Shown here: piece by piece, positions 39,771 through 49,700 of the stretch
How the letters are laid out: each line of letters starts with the position of its first letter
Numbering within the stretch: position 1 is the first letter of the stretch
NCBI GenBank assembly: GCA_044350705.1
Contig: JBILHA010000001.1
Location: forward strand, 177,809 to 241,808
Source: Candidatus Kapaibacterium sp.
Lineage (GTDB): Bacteria; Patescibacteriota; Patescibacteriia; UBA9934
Length of the DNA stretch: 64,000 nt
Reading direction: 5' to 3'
Position numbers and translations under genes: made by a program
The notes under the pieces: model-generated
Told to the model about the DNA's origin: nothing
The model's database searches: none
What the model saw: only the letters and a program-made list of their open reading frames with translations

Positions 39771-40631
39771 GTGGCGGTCGTTCCTGTTTACAAAAAGTTA
39801 GGGGCAACTCCCCTTGAGGCTTTGGAAGCGCTTCGCGTTGATCGACCTGATCTTGCTCATGAGCTGATGACGTATGCAGGGCGACTAGATCCGATGGCTG
39901 AGGGCGTGCTTTTGGTGCTTACGGGCGAGGATCGATACCGGGCGAAGGAATTTCAGCAGTTAGATAAGACGTATCGAGCAACTTTTTTACTTGGGTTTTC
40001 ATCGGATACGGGAGATGTGTTGGGGATGGTGGGGAGTGAGATGGGACGGATGGGGACGGATGAGGTGGATAAGGGGAGTAAAGGGAGTGAGGGGAGTTTG
40101 GGGAGTAGGAGAGGTACAGGTGATGGGTGTCATTTTGACCGGCAAGTGGCCGGTCTTGAGGGAGATGCTCAGGCGACCGAAGGATCTCCGCATGAAGGGC
40201 ATTTTGAAGAGCGAATAAGAGAAATACTGGTGGGAAATCATGAAATACCGCTCCCGGCTTATTCTTCTTATAAAGTAAAAGGAAAACCACTTCATTATTG
40301 GGCAAAAAGTGGGCGTCTTGCTGAGATTGAGATTCCTCGTCGGGTGATGCGTGTGCATGCGGTGCGTAATGTTTCGCTTTCACGGATTTCGTATGCGGAT
40401 CTTTTTCAAGAAATAGCATCCCGTATTGCGCTTGTTCAGGGAGACTTTCGCCAAGAAGAAATTCTTTTGCGGTGGCGGGATGTTTTACGAGAAGAAAAAC
40501 ATGCGGTTCTTGTGCATTGTGAGCTTGATGTTTCATCAGGAACATATGTGCGTTCCTTGGCAAAGTGTATTGAGGAGAATTTTCATATTCCTACTCTGCT
40601 TTTTCGACTTTTTCGATCGCGTGTTGGGTAG
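39771..40631 (+). CDS. truB: Short tRNA pseudouridine-55 synthase with an in-frame repeat-derived insertion
   Basis: YAGRLDPMAEGVL, K.Y, D.GD..G, P.YSS.KV.GK.L, SSGTYVRSL. Confidence 0.85.
   Translation: MAVVPVYKKLGATPLEALEALRVDRPDLAHELMTYAGRLDPMAEGVLLVLTGEDRYRAKEFQQLDKTYRATFLLGFSSDTGDVLGMVGSEMGRMGTDEVDKGSKGSEGSLGSRRGTGDGCHFDRQVAGLEGDAQATEGSPHEGHFEERIREILVGNHEIPLPAYSSYKVKGKPLHYWAKSGRLAEIEIPRRVMRVHAVRNVSLSRISYADLFQEIASRIALVQGDFRQEEILLRWRDVLREEKHAVLVHCELDVSSGTYVRSLAKCIEENFHIPTLLFRLFRSRVG
40032..40187 (+). repeat. Composite repeat inside truB: G-rich 9-mers plus a TGTCAT...GAAGGATCT element containing ACCGGC-AAGTG-GCCGGT
   Basis: 9-mer units at about 40072-40107, palindrome at 40138-40154, element at 40128-40187. 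Confidence 0.75.
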
Positions 40632-40722
40632 GGCTTATTTTATTGGTTATTTTTACGATTTTTTTGTGTAAAACTTTTTCTTTTCCTTCTTTCTTTTTTG
40701 TATACTTTGAGCGTCTCAATTT

Positions 40723-43700
40723 ATGGTGCTTTTCCCCTCTTCTTTTTCTCGTTTCTCGCGTTTTTTGAAAGTTCTCGGAGGATCGATCTTTATTCTTACG
40801 TTTATTCTTCTTTCGCCTTTTTGGTCTGAAGCTGCCGCATGTCCGGTTACCGATGGAGGCGTGGGAGATGGTGATGGTTCTGCGAATGGAACTCTAACGA
40901 TTAATGCGAGTACTTCCTGGACTCCTCCTGCAACGCGGGGCGATTTTTGGGATTGTACGGGGAAGACGGTTCATGTAACAGGTGGTGCTACGTTGACTTT
41001 TTCAACGGTAACTACCTCGGGTCGTTTCGGTTATTTGAAAGCGGATAACATCATTGTTGATGCGGGGTCGGCTATTTCTTCCGATGGCCTTGGCTGTTCC
41101 GTGAGCTCTCCTGGATGGGGATTTGGGCCGAATGTCACTACGGGTATTTGTACCTTGGAAACAACGGGAGCTGGACGTGGTGGTAGTGGTAGCGGATATT
41201 CTCCTGCTTCGGGTAGTTATGGTGGGCTTGGTGGATATGGAGGAAGCCCTTCTTGGCTCGCGGGAAGTGTTTATGGTGATCCTATTTCCCCCATGCTTTT
41301 TGGGTCTTCTTCTGGTGATACGAACTATGAAGATTCTGGTCCTGGAGGAGGTGTTGTTTGGTTGCACGCTACCGATACGCTCACGTTAGATGGCACGATA
41401 TCTGCACGAGGACTTGCAGGTGCTTCTGCTGCGGCGGGTGCAGGATCTGGCGGATCCATTCTTTTGTTAGCTCAAGTTATCGATGGAACAACTGGTGCTT
41501 TGAATGCCGAAGGTGCGGATGGAAAGTCGAGTGGATCGGGAAGGTTTAGCGGCGGTGGTGGTGGTGGAAGGGTATCCGTTCTTTATGGTACAGATTCGAG
41601 TTCTTGGCTTGGTTCGCTATCCCCGTCGACCGTTGTTTCGGGGGGTCTTTCTTCTGGTGGTACGAGCACTGCGGGTGAAGATGGCACTGTTTATAAAAGC
41701 GCTTCATACGATCCTGCGATCGCGTTTGCCACTATTTCTGATAGTGATGCTGATTATCAAGTCGATACGATTACCATTACTTTTGATCGAGATTTAGATG
41801 GCGCTACAGTTGCCATGAGTGATTTTTCTCTTGATGGTGGATATACTATTACTTCCGCTTCCGAAACTTCAGCTGGTGTTGTTACTTTAACGGTTGCTGA
41901 GCGCGGATATGTTGATGTTGAGCGCTCGATTACCATTTCTCTTGTAGGAAGTGTTACTGATACCATGTTTGGACTTTCGTCGTCGAGCGACGTGTACTAT
42001 GCGGTTTCTTCGACATGTCCATTCTTTGATGGCTCTCCAGACGATGCAGATTTGGCAAGAAATGGTTCGTATACCATTGCAGAAGCAGTTCAGCTCACTC
42101 CATCGCCATATCGCCTGAACTGTGAAGGTTTAGATTTGGTTGTGAATAGTACCGTCACTTTTGCAGGAAGTGTTTCTACGGGCGATTATTCTCATTTGCG
42201 TGCTGACGATATTACGTTGGGATTTGGTGGGGTATTTTCTGCAACAGAAAGGGGATGTCAGGGACTTGCACAATCAGCCCATGAGCCTGGTTTGGATAAT
42301 ATTTGTGGTGCAAGTGCACTTTCTTCTGGAAATGGAAGTAGCGGAGCGGGAGGTGGTGGTATTAGTCAGGCGCGTGGTGGTGGAGGAGGATACGGTGGAA
42401 ATGGAGGGCAGGGTGGTTCAGCAGCTGCACTTGCAGGATTTTTAGGAGGTACGAGTTACGGTTCCTCAACGACGCCATTGCTGTTTGGTTCTACGGGAGG
42501 TGGTACAACGGGTAGCCGGGGTGGACATGCGGGAGGTATTGTTGCCATTACCGCTTCTGGTACGTTTACCTGGAACGGATCCATTCTTTCTCAAGGAGGA
42601 AATGGTACGGGAACGAGCGGATCTGCGGCTGGTGGAGGTGGATCGGGTGGATCGGTGTATATTCAGGCCGCAACGCTTGCGGGAAGTACGGGTTCTGTTT
42701 CTGCTGCTGGAGGGAATGGATATAGTGGAAGTTCGGTGAATGGTGGTGGAGGTGGAGGAGGACGTGTTGCTATTTATTACGGTACAGATTCTACATCGTT
42801 TGTAAGTGGATTGAGTGCGGCAGGTGTTGCAGCAGGTGGAACTGGTCCTTCTGCTGCCGCTGAAGGTACCGCGGGAAGTTTGTATACGTCGGCTACCTAT
42901 ACCGCTGCTGCTCCGGAAGCTATTGAAGGTTTTACTCGAGATGCTGATACAGATGGCTATTTAGATGCCATTGTTTTACTTTTTACTGAAGATCTTGATG
43001 CTGCATCACTTGCGACGACTGATTTTTCGGTGACGGGATATACAATTACCGGCGTTGCGCTTACTTCCGGTAATGTTGTAACACTTTCACTTCAAGAAGG
43101 CGGAACTCCTGATACATCTGCAATTCCGGCTACTTCTATCGTTGGATCGATTAGCGGTGCAACGTCGGGAACGATTACTTCGGGAAGTTTTGTTATGAAT
43201 GATGAGGCGTACCCGGTTGCGATGTCGGCTTCATATTTGGATACGAATGTGAACGGTGCAGTTGATCGTGTAGATATTGTTTTTTCTGAAACCATCACCT
43301 TTAGCTATAACTCTGGTGATTGGACTTTTCCCGATGCGGGTTCGTTTAATTTAGTAGATACCACTTTCGCAGTAACTACGAATACGCTTCGTCTTACGGT
43401 TACTGCAGATGCTGAAGAGACGAGTTCTAGTACAACGCCGACTGTTTTATATACAAATACTGCAAATCGCTTGCAGGATGCTTCTGGAAACTTTACCGCA
43501 ACATTCCCTTCGGCGTTATCTATTTCCGATGCTGCTGCGCCAGCAATTAATGCCATGACTACGGGAGATGCAAATAGTGATGGATATATTGATACATTAA
43601 TATTTGTATGGACTGAAAATGTTGATACCAATGATGGAGCCCCTCCTGTTCTTGCTGACTTTGGTACGATTACCATGCCAAACGGAGGTACTGCATCGAG

Positions 43701-46700
43701 TGCGACGATTAGTGACCCTGGGGGAATTTCGAATACGGTTACTCTCACAAACGTAACTGGACAAACGAATATTTTTACGGGTACTACAAGCGTTGCGATT
43801 AATGGGATTACAGGGCAGTGGAGTGATGGCACGAACCTTACGACGAATCCTGACGATTCTGAAACAGTTATCGATGCCGCTTCGCCGATTATTCGTACGG
43901 ATGGTGCGAACGCTCCTCGTTATGAAGATAGTAATAGCGATGGAACTATTGATCGTATCCGTTTAATTTTTTCTGAAAATACCACCATTACGTATACTGA
44001 TGCGGATTGGACCATTACGCCAAACGCATTAACGAGCGCTGATGTTTCGGCAGTTTCTTCGGGAAGCGGTACGACGACGGTTTATTTAACCGCTACAGCT
44101 CAATCGCTTTTGACGGGTGTTGGTACTGGCACGGTTCCTACGCTTTCATATGCGCAAAGTTCTGGCTCGGTTGCTGATGCAACAGGCAACCAACTTGCTA
44201 CGGTATCCGGTGTCAATCTTGTCGACTTTGCGAATCCTCGTTTGCGAACGGATTCTGGTAATCAAATGGCGTATCAAGATGCTGATGCGAATGGCAGCAT
44301 AGATCGTGTTCGTTTGATATTTACAGAGCCGGTTACGATTACCTATGTTGATGCAAACTGGGTTTCTGTGGCGAACTCACTTACGGGTTTTGATGTCGGT
44401 GCGCTTTCTTCGGGAAATGGAACATCAACGGTCTATCTTACCGCTACGACATCTTCTGCAACAACAGGTGTTGGCGCGGGAACGCAGCCTACCCTTCGCT
44501 TTACCGCGGGAAGTGGGGGAAGTATTGTTGATAGTGCTTCTAACGCACTTGCTTCTATTGCAGCCACTTCTCTTATTGATGAAGCGTTGCCGATTTTGCT
44601 TACTTCTCGATACCGCGATATTAACTACAACGCTACGGTAGATCGGTTTGATCTTACTTTTTCTGAAACCATGACCGTTGCTACGTGTGAAACGGGAGAT
44701 TATACCCTTTCGGGAAGTGACGCTTCGGGCGTTTCGGTGGCGTCGTGTTCTGCTACGGGTGCCGTGGTTGAGCTTACGCCCTCAGGTATTCCTGCAAATG
44801 ATACTTCGTTAACATTGGCCCTTTCGTATAATGCATCTGCGGGTACGGCGAATAGTTTGCGCGACGGTGCTGCAAATGGCGTTGCATCTTTTTCCTCGGT
44901 TTCGCTTGCTGATGCAACCTCACCCGTGCCTCTTGGTGGGGTTTCTCGCGATGTAAATAGTGATGGCACCGTAGATAGAGTTGTCGTTTCTTTTTCGGAG
45001 AATGTTACGGCAGCACATTGCGATGCAGCTGATTACACATTCTCAGGCACGCATGCGAGTGGTTTAGCGATTAGTGCATGTAGCCCTTCTGGACAAGATA
45101 TTTCGTATACACTCACTGGAGCTCCAGTTGCAAATACTGCGTTAAGTTTTTCGTGGACCTATACTCAGGCGGCGGGAACGGCAAATAGTTTAGCTGATGA
45201 TATTGGAAATGTGATTCCTAATGTCACTCTTGCAGTTACCGATGCCGCTGCGCCGGTTATCATTTCCGGTTCTTATACTGATGGCAATGGAGATGGAACA
45301 GTAGATGCGGTTTCTCTTGGTTTTTCTGAAGCGGTAACTGTCACGTATGACGATGGTGACTGGATAGCCAATGCTCGTGATTTAACGGGCTTTGATGTTA
45401 CAGGACTTACTTCTGGATCGGGAACTTCCTCACTTGTTTTTTCAGCAACGTCATCCTCGGTTACGGGTGTTGGCGCTTTGGGTGACGAGCCTACGCTTCG
45501 TTATACCGATGGCGCAGGTTCGCTTACGAGCGCGACGGGGGAGACCCCGTTGTCTATTAGTGCATTTACCCTTGCCGATAATGCAGATCCGTTGATTGTT
45601 TCTGGTGCGTATCAAGATGACAATGGGAACGGAACGGTTGATCTCGTCGTGCTTTCATTCACCGAGCCATTGGATTATGCCGCTTGTGAGGTTGGAGATT
45701 TTTCTTTTGCGGGTGCTGATGGATCGGGATTGTCGTTTTCTTCGTGCTCTGCAGGGTCCGGGGTTGATGGGGAATTTGTGCTTAATGGCGCTCCTTCTCT
45801 TGAAACAACGCTTGATATTGATCTTTCCTATAATGCGCTTGCCGGGCTTGCGAGCAGCTTAGTTGATAGCGAAGGAAATGCGCTCCCTTCATTTAGTGCC
45901 CTGAGTATTGACGATGAAGCGACACCCGTTCTTCTTTCTTCGTCTTATCAAGATGCTAATGCTGACGGTCGGGTTGATCGTGTCGCCTTGCAATTTTCTG
46001 AACCGGTTACGCTTACGTATGCAGATGGCGATTGGACAGCTATTGCGAACGGCTTGGTAAGTTTTGATGTCACAGGTATTCATTCGGGAAATGGTAGCGC
46101 TACCCTTCTTCTTTCTGCTACGGCGATGGCGGATCGTACGGGTGTTTCCTCTATTTCTTCTCAACCGCAACTTTCATTTACTGCGACCACAGGAAGTTTG
46201 GTTGATGCGGTTGGACAGGCGATTACTTCCTTAAGTACGTTTTCCGTTGCCGATGCGGCGGCCCCAGTTATTATTAGTGGTTCGTATGTAGATAGTGATA
46301 GCGATGCGGAGGTTGATCGTGTGCAATTGTTGTTTACGGAAGAGACGACGATTAATTTTGCTCTTGCGGATTGGACGGTTTCTTCAGGGGATCTCACGGG
46401 ACTTGCGATTTCTGCGATTGCTTCAGGGAATGGCAATGCGCTTATTTCTTTTGATGCATCTGCTGCTGCGGAGTTAACGGGAGTAGGTGCTGGTATTGAA
46501 CCGACATTAACATATCTTCCTGTTACGGGTTCAGTTGCTGATCGTTACGCTAATGCGCTGGTTTCTTCCGGACCGCATTCGCTTGTTGATGCCGCTGATC
46601 CGGTTTTGTTGAGTACAAATCCATCGCATAGTGAGTTGCATGTTGATCGAGATGCTGATGTTGTACTTTCTTTTTCTGAAGCTATGGATATCAATACATT

Positions 46701-49700
46701 TGCGTATGATATTTCCAATGCCGGTGTTTCTGAAGGTATTACGTGGGATGCCGATGAACGTATCGCAACGATTGATTTTGTATCAACACTTCCTGAAGAA
46801 ACGGTTATTACTGTTGAGGTGACCTTGGCCACGGACTATACGGGAAACGGATTCTCTCTTCTTGCGGGTATCGATAATCCTTTCTCATTTACTACAGCGG
46901 GTGCCATTATTAACCCCGTCCTCACCTCCGGATCTACACGCGACACTGATAATGACGGAAAAATAGATGCAATTGTTCTCTCCATCGATCAAGATATTAA
47001 TGGACTTACGGTTGCTGCTGCTGACTTTACGGTGACGGGCTACACCATTTCTTCTGCTTCTCGTACGGCTTCTGGTCAAATTACCCTTGTTCTCACCGAA
47101 GGAGGCTCTCTTGATACCGATGCTCGACCAGTAGTACAGGTCGTTGGTTCTGTAGATGGAGTATCTTCTGGTTTTCTTACCTCTGGAAGTATTACTCCGG
47201 CTGACGGTGCCGCACCTCTTGTGGTTTCTGGAGCGTATAAAGATAGTAATGCCGACGGTACGGTAGACCGTGTTGAAGTGTTGTTCTCCGAACCTCTTTC
47301 TTACAGCGCTTGTGAATACAGCGACTTCTCCTTTGGCGGCGCTGATGGGGCAGGGTTTTCTGTAAACGGTTGTGCAGCAGGGAGCGGTGATTACGGAGTA
47401 TTTGCTCTTGCAGGAGCTCCTAGTGGAGATACCTCGCTTACGCTTACCTTCTCGTACACCGCATCTCTTGGAACCACGAACAGTCTTGATGACGCTGCAG
47501 ATAACGCACTTCCTACGTTCTCTGCACTTGCACTTGCTGATGAAGCTCTTCCTGCACGACTTTCTAGTGCATACCAAGATGCTAATGCTGACGGTACGGT
47601 TGACCGTGTAGAACTTGTCTTCTCTGAAGCGGTCACGCTTACCTATGCAGATGCTGATTGGACGGCAACGGCTCATGGACTCACCGGATTTGATGTTACT
47701 GGCATTGCTTCTGGTAACGGTACGGATACCTTGTACCTTACGGCAACGGCAAGTGCTCATGTTACGGGTATTGCTGAGGAGGCAAGTCAACCAACGCTTG
47801 CTTTTACGGCAACGACGGGAAGCTTGGTTGACGGTGAAGGTTCCGCACTCTCTTCACTCACTACATTTGTTCTTCTCGATGATGCTGCTCCTGTTTTGCG
47901 AAGCGATATTGAAAGCGTATATCGTGATACTTCAGGAAATGGTGTTGTTGATCGTGTTGTCTTGCGTTTTACTGAAGATGTTAATGCGACGTACGATGCC
48001 GTAGATTGGGCTGTTACGGAAAATGACTTAGCAGGTCTTACAATTACGAGTGCGTCTGCCGGCTGGGCCTCTACAGTAAGTCTTACGGCTACCGCTGATG
48101 GTGTTCAGACGGGTGTTGGTCTTGGCGCAGAGCCGGGAATTGCTTTTTCTCCCGCGCTTGGTCAAATTGTCGATCGCTCAGGTAATGTGGTCAGTGCTTT
48201 TTCTCGCACGCTCGTTGATGATGCTTCGCCGCTTCTTGTAAGCTCTTCACCCCTTCATGGTGCAACGGGTGTTGCTCTTGATACGAACATTGTTCTTTCA
48301 TTTAGTGAAACAATGGATATCAATAACTTCTCTTTTTCTCTTTCTGAAGTTGTTGCGGGTGAAAGCTTGGGATGGAATGCGGCAGAAGATGAAATTACCA
48401 TTGAATATGCTGATAATTTTGAGTATGAAACTGAATATACGGTCTCACTTCTTGCCGCTCCTGATCTTGCGGGTAATGCGCTTGGCGGTGCATTAATCGG
48501 TTCTGCAAATCCTTTTAGCTTCACGACACTCTCCATTGTTGTGCATCCTGTCCTCACCTCTGGATCTACTCGAGATACCGATAACGATGGAAAGATAGAC
48601 GCCATTGTTCTCTCCATCGATCAAGACATTAATGGATTAACGGTTGCTTCTTCAGATTTTTCGGTGACGGGCTATACCATTTCTTCTGCTTCTCGTACGG
48701 CTTCTGGTGAAATCACTCTCGTTCTCACCGAAGGAGGTTCTCTTGATACCGATGCTCGACCGGCAGTACAGGTTGTTGGTTCTGTAGATGGAGCATCTTC
48801 TGGTTTTCTTACCTCTGGAAGTATTACTCCAGCTGACGGTGCCGCACCTCTTGTGGTATCTGGAGCGTATAAAGATAGCAATGCCGACGGTACCGTAGAT
48901 CGTGTTGAAGTATTGTTCTCCGAACCTCTTTCTTACGGCGCTTGTGAATACGGTGACTTCTCCTTTGGTGGTGCTGATGGGGCAGGGGTTTCTGTAGCGT
49001 CTTGTGGTTCGGGGGATGATGCCTATGGAATCTTTATTCTTTCTGGAACTCCAAGTAACGACACTTCTCTTGAGCTTACGTTTACGTATGCGGCATCTGC
49101 GGGAACTGCAAATAGCCTTGATGACGCTGCAGACAACGCACTTCCTTCCTTCTCTGCACTTGCACTTGCCGACGAAGCTCTTCCTGCACGGCTTTCTAGT
49201 GCATACCAAGATGCTAATGCTGACGGTACGGTAGACCGTGTAGAGCTTGTCTTTTCTGAAGCGGTTACGCTTACCTATGCCGATGCTGATTGGACGGTAA
49301 CGGCTCATGGTCTCGCTGGATTTGACGTTACAGGCATTGCTTCTGGAAACGGCACCGATACTTTGTACCTTTCGGCAATGGCGAGTGCGAATACGACCGG
49401 AATTGGTGAAGAGGATAGTCAGCCAACGCTTGCTTTTACGGCTACGACGGGAAGTTTGGTTGCGCTAGTTGGCGGCTCCGCTTTGCCTGCACTTTCCTCA
49501 TTTTATCTCTCCGATGAGGCGGCTCCTCGCATGATTTCTGGATCGTATTTTGATGAAAATGCTGATGCGCGTGTTGACGCAATGGATATTCTTTTTACTG
49601 AACCTGTCGATGTTCCATTTTGTGAATCCGAAGATTATGCATTTACTGGTGATGATGTGGGATCTCTCGTCGTAATTACATGCCCTGGGGAATCCGCTTC

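Noticed and set aside
23925-40187. Repeats considered as a CRISPR array
   Set aside because: Copies are dispersed kilobases apart, there is no repeat-spacer periodicity and no cas genes are present.
46915-49462. Duplication considered as a DGR template/variable repeat pair
   Set aside because: Too long, both copies are in-frame in one gene, differences are not confined to adenines and no reverse transcriptase is in the window.
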